Source: Dipteris shenzhenensis (taxonomy: Eukaryota). Taken from it: 64,000 bases of DNA. A program made the position numbers and the translations under genes. The notes beneath the pieces were generated by a model. It saw only the letters and a list, made by a program, of their open reading frames with translations. It searched no databases and had not been told where the DNA came from. The stretch lies in NCBI GenBank assembly GCA_047967505.1, contig CM106538.1. One strand, 5' to 3'. This document shows positions 38,180-50,487 of the stretch, in pieces. Each line of letters begins with the position of its first letter. Positions within the stretch are counted from its first letter, which is position 1.

Positions 38180-41100
38180 GGAAAATAGAGAATGAGAGAA
38201 GGGGGAAATGAGAGAAGGGGGAAATAGAGTGGGAAATAGAGAATGAGCTTATGCAGAAATAGAGAATGAGCTTACGCTTCTCTCATTCTCTATTTCCGCA
38301 TAAGCTCACGCATGTGCATGAGCTTATGCGGAAACTTAAGCATAAGCTCATGCACATGCATGAGCATAAGCATGAGAAGGATGAGTTTCCGCATGCTTAT
38401 GCTCATGCAGAAAAAGAGAAGGAGCTTATGTAGAAAAAGAGAAGGAGAGAAGCATCTCTCATTCTCTATTTCCGCATAAGCTCCTTCTCTTTTTCCGCGA
38501 AAATAGAGGAGGAGAGAAGCATAAGCTTCTCTCATTCTCTATTTCCGCATATGCTTACGCAAAAGAGAAAGAGAAAGAGCTTATGCGGAAAGAGAGAAAG
38601 AGCTTATGCGGAAAAAGAGAATGAGATCCGCATATGCTTCTCTCATTCTCTATTTCTGCATAAGCTCCTGCGGAAACTTCCGCATAAGCTCATGCTCATG
38701 AATAAGCATAAGCTCATGCTTATGCTCATGCGGAAATAGAGAAGGAGCTTATGCGGAATGAGAGAAGGAGCTTATGCGGAATAAGAGAAGGAGCTCATGC
38801 GGAAACTTGCGGAAACTTGCATGCGGAATAAGAGAAGGAGCTTATGCGGAAAAAGAGAAGGAGAGAAGCATATGCTTCTCTCATTCTCTATTTCCGCATA
38901 AGCTCTTGCGGAAACTTACGCATAAGCTCATGGACATGAATGAGCATAAGCATGAGCTTATGCTTATGCTCATGCATAAGCATAAGCATACGCTCATGCT
39001 CATGCTCATGCAGAAAAAGAGAAGGAGCTTATGCGGAAAGAGAGAAGGAGCACTTGCGGAAACTTGCGGATAAGCTCTTGCGAAAACTTGCGGATAGCTT
39101 ATGCTTATGCTTATGCTTATGCTTGCGGAAACTTGCGGAAACTTGCGGAAACTCATGCTTATGCTCATGCGGAAATAGAGAAGGAGCATAAGCATGAGCA
39201 TAAGCATAAGCATAAGCATAAGCATGAATGAGCATAAGCATGAGCTTATGCTTATGCTTATGCATAAGCATAAGCATAAGCTCATGCATAAGCTCATGCT
39301 TATGCTCATGCGGAAACTTGCGAAGGAGCTTATGCGGAATGAGAGAAGGAGCTTATGCGCAAAAAGAGAAGGAGCTTATGCGGAAAAAGAGAAGGAGCAC
39401 TTGCGGAAACTTGCGCATAAGCTCTTGCGGAAACTTGTGCATAAGCTCATGACAAGCTCCTTCTCTCATTCCGCATAAGCTCCTTCTCTATTTCCGCATG
39501 AGCATAAGCATGAGCTTATGCTTATGCTTATGCATAAGCATAAGCATGAGCATAAGCATAAGCATAAGCTCATGCTTATGCTCATGCGGAAAAAGAGAGG
39601 GAGCTTATGCGGAAAAAGAGAAGGAGCACTTGCGGAAACTTGCGGATAAGCTCTTGCGGAAACTTACGCATAAGCTCATGCTCATGAATGAGCATAAGCA
39701 TGAGCTTATGCTTATGCTTATGCATAAGCATAAGCATAAGCATAAGCATAAGCTCATGCTTATGCTCATGCGGAAATAGAGAAGGAGCTTATGCGGAATG
39801 AGAGAAGGAGCTTATGCGGAAAAAGAGAATGAGAGAAGCATATGCTTCTCTCATTCTCTTTTTCCGCATAAGCTCTTGCGGAAACTTACGCATAAGCTCA
39901 TGCGGAAGAATGAGCATAAGCATGAGCTTATGCTTATGCTTATGCATAAGCATAAGCATAAGCTCATGCTTATGCTCATGCGGAAAAAGAGAGGGAGCTT
40001 ATGCGGAAAAAGAGAAGGAGCACTTGCGGAAACTTGCGGAAACGCTCTTGCGGAAACTTACGCATAAGCTCATGCTCATGAATGAGCATAAGCATGAGCT
40101 TATGCTTATGCTTATGCATAAGCATAAGCATAAGCATAAGCATAAGCTCATGCTTATGCTCATGCGGAAATAGAGAAGGAGCTTATGCGGAATGAGAGAA
40201 GGAGCTTATGCGGAAAAAGAGAATGAGAGAAGCATATGCTTCTCTCATTCTCTATTTCCGCATAAGCTCTTGCGGAAACTTACGCATAAGCTCATGCTCA
40301 TGAATGAGCATAAGCATGAGCTTATGCTTATGCTTATGCATAAGCATAAGCATAAGCATAAGCATAAGCTCATGCTTATGCTCATGCGGAAATAGAGAAG
40401 GAGCTTATGCGGAATGAGAGAAGGAGCTTATGCGGAAAAAGAGAATGAGAGAAGCATATGCTTCTCTCATTCTCTATTTCCGCATAAGCTCTTGCGGAAA
40501 CTTACGCATAAGCTCATGCTCATGAATGAGCATAAGCATGAGCTTATGCTTATGCTTATGCATAAGCATAAGCATAAGCTCATGCTTATGCTCATGCGGA
40601 AATAGAAGAGGAGCTTATGCGGAAAAAGAGAAGGAGCACTTGCGGAAACTTGCGGATAAGCTCTTGCGGAAACTTACGCATAAGCTCTTGCGGATGAATG
40701 AGCATAAGCATGAGCTTATGCTTATGCTTATGCATAAGCATAAGCATAAGCATAAGCATAAGCTCATGCTTATTCTCATGCGGAAATAGAGAAGGAGCTT
40801 ATGCGGAATGAGAGAAGGAGCTTATGCGGAAAAAGAGAATGAGAGAAGCATATGCTTCTCTCATTCTCTATTTCCGCATAAGCTCTTGCGGAAACTTACG
40901 CATAAGCTCATGCGGAAGAATGAGCATAAGCATGAGCTTATGCTTATGCTTATGCATAAGCATAAGCATAAGCATAAGCATAAGCTCATGCTTATGCTCA
41001 TGCGGAAATAGAGAAGGAGCTTATGCGGAATGAGAGAAGGAGCTTATGCGGAAAAAGAGAATGAGAGAAGCATATGCTTCTCTCATTCTCTATTTCCGCA

Positions 41101-41950
41101 TAAGCTCTTGCGGAAACTTACGCATAAGCTCATGCTCATGAATGAGCATAAGCATGAGCTTATGCTTATGCTTATGCATAAGCATAAGCATAAGCTCATG
41201 CGGAAATAGAGGAGGAGCTTATGCGGAAAAAGAGAAGGAGCACTTGCGGAAACTTGCGGATAAGCTCTTGCGGAAACTTACGCATAAGCTCATGCTCATG
41301 AATGAGCATAAGCATGAGCTTATGCTTATGCTTATGCATAAGCATAAGCATAAGCATAAGCATAAGCTCATGCTTATGCTCATGCGGAAATAGAGAAGGA
41401 GCTTATGCGGAATGAGAGAAGGAGCTTATGCGGAAAAAGAGAATGAGAGAAGCATATGCTTCTCTCATTCTCTATTTCCGCATAAGCTCTTGCGGAAACT
41501 TACGCATAAGCTCATGCTCATGAATGAGCATAAGCATGAGCTTATGCTTATGCTTATGCATAAGCATAAGCATAAGCTCATGCTTATGCTCATGCGGAAA
41601 TAGAGGAGGAGCTTATGCGGAAAAAGAGAAGGAGCACTTGCGGAAACTTGCGGATAAGCTCTTGCGGAAACTTACGCATAAGCTCTTGCGGATGAATGAG
41701 CATAAGCATAAGCTCATGCTTATGCTCATGTGGAAATAGAGAAGGAGCTTATGCGGAATGAGAGAAGGAGCTTATGCGGAAAAAGAGAATGAGAGAAGCG
41801 TATGCTTCTCTCATTCTCTATTTCCGCATAAGCTCTTGCGGAAACTTACGCATAAGCTCATGCTCATGAATGAGCATAAGCATGAGCTTATGCTCATGCG
41901 GAAATAGAGGAGGAGCTTATGCGGAATGAGAGAAGCATAAGCATAAGAGA
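38180..41950. repeat. Complex palindromic minisatellite array (GCATAA/TTATGC, GCGGAAACTT, AGAGAAGGAGCTTATGCGGAA modules; ~220-bp higher-order units)
   Basis: Recurrent units at 39798, 40192, 40414, 40808, 41412. Confidence 0.95.
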
Positions 41951-42821
41951 ATAAGAGGGATGCGGAAATAGAGAATAAGGGGGAAAGGAAAGAGAGAAGG
42001 GAAAAGAGAGAGGGGGAAAGAGAGAATAAGAGAAGAGGGAAAAAAGAGAAGGGGGAAAATGAGAAAAAGAGAAGGGGGAAGAGAGGGTTCCTACGCCCAT
42101 CACTGCAGCTAGCGCTTAAGGCGCTAGCTGCAGGCAAATGCAAATAACAAAAAGCTTAAATGGAAAGAAGAGGAAGCACTTACCTGTAAAAGTATGTCCC
42201 GCTCGGTGTAGTGGACTGGGCCCACAAAAGAGAGACTATGTCCCGCTCGGTGTAGTGGACTGGCCCTACAAAAGAGAGAAAACAACCCATTTTTTCAAAT
42301 AAGATGTTAGTGGAAAGAGGAGATCACAAAAGCAACTTCTTGAAAGGAGACAAGGAAAGAGAAGATTGAGGAGACAAGGAAAGGAGGAGATTGAGGAGAA
42401 GAGAAGGAAGAGAAGGAAGAGAAATACAGAAAGAAGAGGTGAGTTTCTTTCTTTCTTTCTTGAAATTTTGTTTCTTGTTTGAATCCTTTCTAATCAAGCA
42501 TGAAAACTAGTTTAAAACTTTAGCAATACAAGTAGAAACACTCACAAAACCAAAGCTAACAAACAAACAACCTACATTGTTGAAAAAAACTCACCTTTTG
42601 AAGAACTTTCTTTCTGGAAACCAAAGAGGGAAAAAGGAGAGAGAGGGTGCACAAGAGGTAGGAGGAGGGTGAGGAGTGGGAAATAGGGTAGGAGGTTGCT
42701 TGGAATAGATGGGAGGTCAGTGAAAATAGGTGGGAGGAGATTTTGGAGAGCTTAGTTTAGAGATTAGGAAAGCTTTGAGCAAAACGCCGCGGGTTTCGCC
42801 GTTTCGGGTTTTAACCCACAG

Positions 42822-42955
42822 CGTCGCTATATAGCGACGCTTATTCGTTGCTATATAGCGACGTTTTTAATTGAAAACATCGCTATATAGCGACGCTTTC
42901 AATTAAAATCATCGCTATATAGCGACGGAACAGAGCGTCGCTATATAGCGACGCT
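42822..42955. promoter_or_regulatory. Internal cluster of the subterminal palindrome between the two divergent CACTA genes
   Basis: About five (G/A)TCGCTATATAGCGAC copies ~235 bp upstream of the transposase ATG; a regulatory role is inferred. Confidence 0.6.
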
Positions 42956-43187
42956 GACTGTTTGTTTTTTAATGAGGCCTCTTGTGACTCAAACATGCTA
43001 TGCCTATAATTGTCAATATCTCCTCTTACTACATAGCCTTACTATATAGGATTTTTTGTTTCAATCCTTACTATATAGCGATGTCATTCTTTTTATATAG
43101 CCTCAAGAGAAGCTCAAATTAAACATGCTATGCTCATAATTGTGTACATCTCCTCTTCATGCTTATGTTTTGGTTTTATAAGTGTAG

Positions 43188-46100
43188 ATGGAAGGGACGA
43201 GTGGAAGCTCATCCGATGATGCGCCAACGCCCGGGAGCACGAAGTGGCTTACGGAGAGGTTATATTGTCATTGCACTCATTGCAAGCGAGAAGTACGACA
43301 TCAACGTCGTATTATCATGCGCCACTTGCGGATGTATGGGGAGGAGCCGGAACCAGTACCCCCCGTTGGTGTTGCACATGTTGATGGATCATCGGTAAGT
43401 CAAAGCTATTTAAGTTCGCAATCTTATTGTATACCCCGAATTAGAAGATCTTCTATTTACACGAATGAGCTTATGACAGGATGACGAGGGTGACGAGGGT
43501 ACACATATACCTTCTCACTTTCAACAAGACTATAGTCTCCCAGATGACGACGAGGGTATGGTCGACATGATGGATTCCATTTTTAGGGGCACTACATCCC
43601 ACGTACACGTGATGTCAGAGTCTGAGGTGAAAATGCGAGAGTTGCAATCAACACAATTGTACGAGGGTGCCAGGATGTCTAAACTACGTGCTTGTCTCTC
43701 AATCTTGAATCTACAAGTACAGTATGGGTGGTCGGATACAAGTGTCTCGGCCTTAATGAGGTTAGCCCTTGCATTAATTTGATTGACTCATTATTTGGAT
43801 ATTGTTTGTTTTGAGAATCATCATTTGGATAGTGTCTTTGTCATAGGTTGCTCCAAAAGATGTTGCCTGCACCAAATACCATGCCCGCATCAAGAGATGA
43901 AGCGAAAAAGATGCTAACAATGGTGGGTATGGATTATGATTCCATCCATGCTTGCCGTAATGATTGTATTCTCTTTCGTCGTGAGCATGGAGATTTGGCT
44001 AGTTGTCCAAAGTGTGGGGAACAACGATATAGAGATGACTTGCAGGGTGAGAGGATACCGGTAAAGGTCTTAAGACACTTTCCCATCATTGCAAGAATAC
44101 AACACATGTTTCGATGCAAATCCATAGCGGAGTTGATGACATGGCATGCATCTCATCGGTCCACTGATCACACATTGAGGATTCCCGCAGATTGTGCGGC
44201 TTGGAAGCACATAGATAATCAGTGGCCGGACTTTGCGAGAGAGCCACGCAACTTACATCTTGGGCTAGCCATGGACGGCGTGAATCCTTTCGGGTTACGC
44301 TCGACATCTTGGTCGACATGGCCCATAGTCGTGGTGAATTACAATATCCCGCCATGGCTAACAATAAAAAAGGGACATCTCATGCTTGCACTACTTGTGC
44401 CAGGAAAGTACAAGGCAAGAAACATGGACGTGTACATGGCACCTTTGATAGAGGAGTTACAGATATTATGGAGAGGAGTGCAGGTCTTTGATATTTCCAG
44501 AGCTCCTAGGCATACCAATGATATTTCCGTCAGGGGTATCTTGATGTGGACCATGCATGACTACCCAGGATATGGAGAGTGCGCAGGTACGTGGTTATGT
44601 CTTTACATGTACAATGAGGGATTATGCTTTTTTTACTCTCTTTTGCACGCATGTCTTGTACTAACATATTCATGCACGCGTGCAGGGCTTGCTACAAGTG
44701 GGTACCATGCTTGTCCTGTTTGTGGACCCGCTCTGAAATCGCTTGCACGCTACTCCAAACACATGAGGAAAAATGTTTATGAAGGTCATGCTCGATACCT
44801 TCCGCTCGACCATCTCGCACGTGGAGGTCAGCTTGATCCACCACCATCATATTTAAAAGCAAGTGATTGGATTCAAGCTTGGAGGGAGAATGGAGAGGAA
44901 CCTCCTCCTGGTATGAAGAGGCTATCGATCTTTCACGAGCTTCCTTATTGGGGTCAGTTACAAATCAATCATCTCTTGGATCCAATGCATATCTTTAAGA
45001 ATGTGGGGGCTACCATTTGGGCACACTTGGTTGGTTCCAAGGACTCGAGAGGAGTGCGAGAAGACTTGCGTGCTATGAATAGGATGTCTCGTTTGTGGCC
45101 CCAAGTGCATGCTTCAGGAAAAGTTGTCCTCCCGAAAGCAACGTGGATCCTCTCTACGAGGGAGGAGGCAGCGATCAAGGCAGACATTGCCTCTTTTCAA
45201 ACACCGACAGGGTACATGCGTTGCTTGAAAGGAGCATTTTCAAAGGACAATAAGCTTAGTGGCCTCAAGTCCCATGATTGGCACAAGGTCTTACAGGTAT
45301 TCTAAGTAGAATTAGTGTACCGATAATAGTGATGCATTAGCGTAATTATTATTATGTTATATTGTTGACATGATTTCATTGTTGCTTTGATAGTTTATCC
45401 TTCCAATTACAATAAAAGGGTGCTTACAAGAAGATGTTAGAAATGCTATATTCAAGATCTGTGGTATTGTGAGGTATGCTTACTATCAATTCGCATTATC
45501 TATTTTCTTCATGGACATGTGAAATAGGTGGATATCTCAAATATCTTACATATGCATGGACATGTGAAATAGGTGGATATCTCAAAAAGAGATCTCTATA
45601 TCGAGCATCGAGAAGGCTAGGGTGGAATCCATCGAAGCCGTATGCTTGCTTGAGAAGCACTTTCCCTCAAGCATTATGACAACTCAAGTCCACTTGCTTG
45701 TGCACATAGTTGATGAGGTGGCTATAGCAGGTACCGTTCATAATCGATGGATGTTTTTTCTCGAGCGGTTTATGAAAACTTTAAAGGGGTTTGTAAGACA
45801 AAGAGCAAGACCAGAAGCAAGCATGGCAGAGGGATGGCTTGTGCAAGAGTCATTAGTATATATCACAGAGTTTCTTGCATCCACGGATCCTGATATGCCG
45901 CAAGCTTGGCACAACAAGGATGATGATCGCATCATTGGCGAGGTCCCCCAAGGAAAAGGGATTGAAAGAAAGATGAGCGAAGAGCAAATGGAGAAATTCA
46001 ATAAGTTTTGTATCCTCAATAGCCCTGAGATGCAGAAGTGGATTGAGAGATATGAAGTGGCCAAAGCAAAAAGAATAAATGCAAGGACGAGATTCAGAGT

Positions 46101-47251
46101 AATGTACAGGCGATCACAACCATATCCACGAGATCTGGCTCTTCTCCCTACTCACATGTCACTTGATTGGCTACAACTAGCTATACGTAAAGCCGAACGT
46201 GATGGAGAGACAATAAACGAGCGCGAGCGGGAGTTATCATCTGGATGTATGGTGCATGTAAGTTTCTTATCTCTTGATGTAATTAAGTAATTAGTTGTGG
46301 CAATATATGCTATAAAATAGGTGCATCTTCATTGTTTTAATGATGCTCTTTTACAGTACAAAAAGTACAGTGCATTATGGTCATATGGACGACATTTTCG
46401 CATAGAACGCATCGATTCAAAGAGAGTCACGTATGATTGTGGAGTCATGGCTAACTTCACACAAGATAGCCGAGCAAGTGCTTCGGATACCAATCTTCTC
46501 TCCTCACAGTTGGATTATTGTGGAACCATACGCGACATCTATGAAATTGATTTCAGACGATTTACTATTTTCATTCTTGATGTAAAATGGTTTAGAACTA
46601 CTTACAACGGTCCCCATGCAACTGTGAGAAAAGATGGTAACGGTCTCTTTGCAATAGACTCCACCAAACATTAGACCGATGAAAGTGATACTTTTGTTCT
46701 TCCCGAGCACTGTGAGCAGGTGCATACTAATGATTTAATTAGTCGAAGCTTTCGTTTTTTAAGTCCATTGATATATATATAATTGACGACATTTGGCACG
46801 TGATTTTTCATCTTCAACATAGGTGGTTTTTCATCCGAATCGTTCTGATCCAAGATGGTGGTACGTGATCCAAGTTGCACCACGAAGTAAGCAGATTTTT
46901 GAAGATCGAGATGTGGATATGGAGATGCCACTACCAAATCCGGATCCAATTGATGAATCTAGCGAAGAAGATGTAGATCACCATATGAGGCAAGAGGAAG
47001 ATGCGCATAATGACATCGCACGGGAGGAGGATGGAGATCACGATATTGACGAGGAAGACAACAATCGTCAAGATCGATCACCACACTTAAGCTTAATTGA
47101 AGAAGATGATCAAATACTTTTAGGTGAACGTACGATGCTAGAGTACGATGATGATATAGGAGATCAACTCGGTATAGAGTTGGAGATAGACTTGCTTGGC
47201 GCCTTAGACTTGGCTCAAGATGAAACAGTTGATGTAAATGCTCTTATTTAA
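43188..47251 (+). pseudogene. En/Spm transposase, 8 exons, intact except one nonsense codon
   Basis: Exons 43188-43394, 43480-43760, 43847-44586, 44686-45296, 45394-45473, 45573-46257, 46357-46719, 46823-47251 (GT-AG, frame preserved); YCHCTHC N-terminal domain, HACRNDC/CPKCG, DGVNPF, MHDYPG, DPMH, LKSHD; TAG at 46672-46674 where the outer copy has TGG. Confidence 0.9.
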
Positions 47252-47429
47252 TTTGATTTTTCTCATCTCCAACTTGGACATGAATATATGAGCTTCAAAG
47301 GCTTGATGTACATGCTCTCATTTTTTATTTCTCTATGAGCTCAAACATGTATGAAAATTTAAAAAATTTTGTCATTGGAAGAAAATAAATTTTAAGGCTA
47401 AAAAAAAAAAAAAAACCTCTCTGTAAAAC

Positions 47430-47594
47430 GTCGCTATAATATAGTCTCAGTGTCGCTATATAGCGACCTTTAAAAGTCGCTATATAGCGACTTTTACTAA
47501 AGTCGCTATATAGCGACCTTTCAGAGTCGCTATATAGCGACCATTACTAACGTCGCTATATAGCGACTCTTGTTAAAAGTCGCTATATAGCGAC
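47430..47594. repeat. Right subterminal palindromic repeats of the inner CACTA
   Basis: About six GTCGCTATATAGCGAC copies. Confidence 0.92.
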
Positions 47595-48216
47595 GATTTA
47601 CGACACCCGATTTTTATACCGACGATTAACGCTAAGCGGGCGCTAATCGTCGGTACGTAAACGTCGCAATAGGATGCGTGTGTAGTAGTGAATCATCAAG
47701 ATCAATCACCACACTTAAGCTTTATTGATGAAGATGATCAAATACTTTTAGGTGAACATACGATGCTAGAGTACGATGATGATATAGGAGATCAACTCGG
47801 TATAGAGTTGGAGATAGACTTGCTTGGCGCCTTAGAATTGGCTCAAGATGAAACAGCTGATGTAAATGCTCTTATTTGATTTTTCTCATCTCAAACTTGG
47901 ACATGAATATATGAGCTTCAAAGGCTTGATGTACATGCTCTTATTTTTTTATTCTCTATGAGCTCAAACATGTATGAAAATTTAAAAAATTTTGTCATTG
48001 GAAAAAACTAACTTTTAAGGCCTAAAAAAAAAAAAAAACCTCTCTGTAAAAACATCGCTATAATATTTTGTATCAGTGTCACTATATAGCGACTTTTAGC
48101 AATAGTCGCTATATAGCGACGATTTAGGAAACCCGCTTTTCATACCGATGATTAACGCTAAGCGGGCGCTAAACGTCGGTACGTAAATGTCGCAATAGGA
48201 TCCGTGTGTAGTAGTG

Positions 48217-49657
48217 ACTGATGCATATCATAAAGTAGCTTATGCAACCAAGCTGCCTCACATGCAGCCATTGTTGCACCCTTGTACTCAGCCTCTGTGC
48301 TCGACAAGGCAACTATAGGCTGTTTCTTGTTGCTCCAAGTGATTGCAGCACTCCCAAAAGAGAACATATATCTACTTGTAGATCATCTATCAAAAATACT
48401 ACTAGCCCAATCAGCATCAGTGTATCCATGCAATTGTATCTGAACCCTAGTCTCATAAAATAGTCCATACTGCAATGTGGACTTCACATACCTCAGTACA
48501 AAGCATCCATGAGGATTAAATTTGACCTGCAAAGCCCTGCTCAACCATTTGACCAACAGAAACCAGGTCCTTGGTTATATTCGGGACATGAAATACATCA
48601 GAGAGGTATTTCTTTTTTCCATCCTACATAGACAAAGGAATTTTACCAATCTGCACAATAGGATGTGCAATATCATCACAATCTCCACAAATCTTGGTCT
48701 TTCCATTTTCCTTGCATCCTGCATCCATTCTGCATGACCTATCATGTGGTTTGATGCACCTGAGTCAACATACCACACATTATTGCTTTCTTCTGCACTT
48801 GTCATAGAATTGGTCATGTACTGTACCATAAATAGATGCTCAATTCTGTCATCACCCTGTCTACTAGAGGATGCATAATTGCCTTGCTGCAATTTTCCTG
48901 TCATGATGTCATTCTGCTTTTTATAGTAGTCTTTAACCATATGACCCATTTTACCATAGTAGTAGCATTCAACATTGCTGTTTGCATTTTGGCCTCTCTA
49001 CCATCCACCACGACCTCTTTCGCTCCCCTTGCCTCTAAAGTTACTATGTCCTCCTCCATAGGATTGGTTTTCTTGAATTTGCTGCATGTTTTAATTTCTG
49101 CCACGGCCTCCAAATTGGCTTGCTCTACCTCTGCCTCTACCTCTTCTAGCATATGAGTAGAAGACAGCTTCATTTGAAGTTCCTCCTGAAGAAGATGCAC
49201 CACCATTTCTCTACTCTTCAGAAATTAGAAGAGCAATCAACTCCTCAAAATCAGGTAAATTCTCACGGATGGCAATGGATGTATGGAATTGTGCATAATC
49301 CTTTCCTAGACCATTCAAGGTCACAGAAACTAAATCATCATCTTCCATTGGCGACCCAATAGAAGCAAGTGCATCTGCAATCTTCTTCACCTTCATGTGG
49401 TAGTCATTGATGCTCATATTTTCTCTCTACACATTATGCAACTCCTGCTTGAGCTGCATTTTCCTAGCTTGCGTATTTGTCCTATACATTTTTGTCAAAC
49501 CCACACCTCCTTCGGCGTGCTTGCATCTTGAATCTGCACAATCATAGAATCTGAAATACTGATAAACACCCAATACATAACTTTTTTGGCTCTCTCATGC
49601 GAGCCTTTAAATGCCTGCAACTCCTATTGATTGGGAACATTAGGAATAATTGGTTCT
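48217..49657 (-). mobile_element. Internally deleted C2-family copia fragment (gag, knuckle, protease joined to RNase H)
   Basis: UBN2 gag (49211-49417), WYVDSGASNH, RH KKQPIVALSSTEAEY; the outer CACTA terminus abuts it at 48216. Confidence 0.88.
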
Positions 49658-50487
49658 TATGTTGAGAGAGCAGCTATGTTGGTCGACCTGCGGACAGCAT
49701 GCCGCTATATTCATCGGATGGCGGCAGTAGCTCAGCAGGCGGGGGCGGCGGCACCACCTTTCTATGGACAGCTCCAAATTTTTGTGGATGCCCATGCTCT
49801 CAACCCGCAGCAGCTACCTTTACTTCGACCGGTGCAAGCGGCTCCGGCAGTACAAGTACCGGCGCCGGCGGCTCCAGCAGTTCCGGCGACGGCAGCGGCA
49901 GCAGCGGCGGTGGCGGACGATGACGGTGGCGACGTCGAGGATGAACCGTAGCGGAGAACCGGTGGGTTCGGATGCGGATCCGGAATCCGATTCACCGGGA
50001 GTGCCAAGTGTTAAGGGCAAAAGCAGCAACAGCAAAGAGGAACTAGGGGGGGAGTCCTTCGATTATTATCATTAATACGTTGTATCTAGTTTATAGTGAG
50101 ATATGAAAAGACGGAAGTTCTAGGACCAGGCGGAGAACTGACGAGGCACGGCAACTGTCACGGCAACCGTGAAGGAGTTATGTGTGCCGGTTAGATAAAA
50201 GAGAAGAGAGCGATCATTCAGGGGGCTCATTGATGAGGATCGGAGCAAGGATCAGTGTGATCAGAAGAGGAACATTGTTATGTATCAGAGAGTACGGTGT
50301 TGTACTGCTCGGAGAAGTGTAATACAGTTATTCTATTGCATCTATCTTATTGTTTTATCATGAATGATTCTGTCGATCACTGTTCTACTCTATGAATTTT
50401 CATACGCAGTTCTGAAGTTCGATTACGCATGTAAATCTGTCGCAGTAGTGCGTTTCGAGTTAGTCTTCAGAGTAGAGAGGGCTAACA
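49658..50487 (+). mobile_element. 3' end of gypsy G1: Ala/Pro-rich ORF tail and 3' LTR
   Basis: GC-rich ORF ending 49951; the last 138 bp are identical to rc(4707-4844); the LTR start is not fixed (possibly ~50231). Confidence 0.8.

Larger units (their letters stand above)
35835..47690 (+). mobile_element. Full-length CACTA (En/Spm) transposon, 11,856 bp
   Basis: Termini CACTAC...GTAGTG, 3-bp TSD AAT (35832-35834, 47691-47693), subterminal palindromes, transposase plus a second gene. Confidence 0.97.
32941..48216 (+). mobile_element. Outer (older) CACTA element, 5'-truncated, interrupted at 35835-47690 by a same-family copy
   Basis: Transposase exons 32941-35834 resume at 47691; subterminal repeats; terminus ..GTAGTAGTG at 48216. 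Confidence 0.92.

Noticed and set aside
38180-41950. CRISPR-like or coding repeat (MLMHKHKH, AYAYA ORFs)
   Set aside because: No unique spacers or cas genes; the ORFs are translations of hexamer repeats on both strands.
4707-50487. Inversion by recombination between the two inverted 138-bp G1 LTR segments
   Set aside because: Each LTR keeps its expected inner neighbour (PBS on the left, 3' ORF on the right) and the C1 halves lie outside them. A break inside G1 near 49658 is more parsimonious, though not proven.
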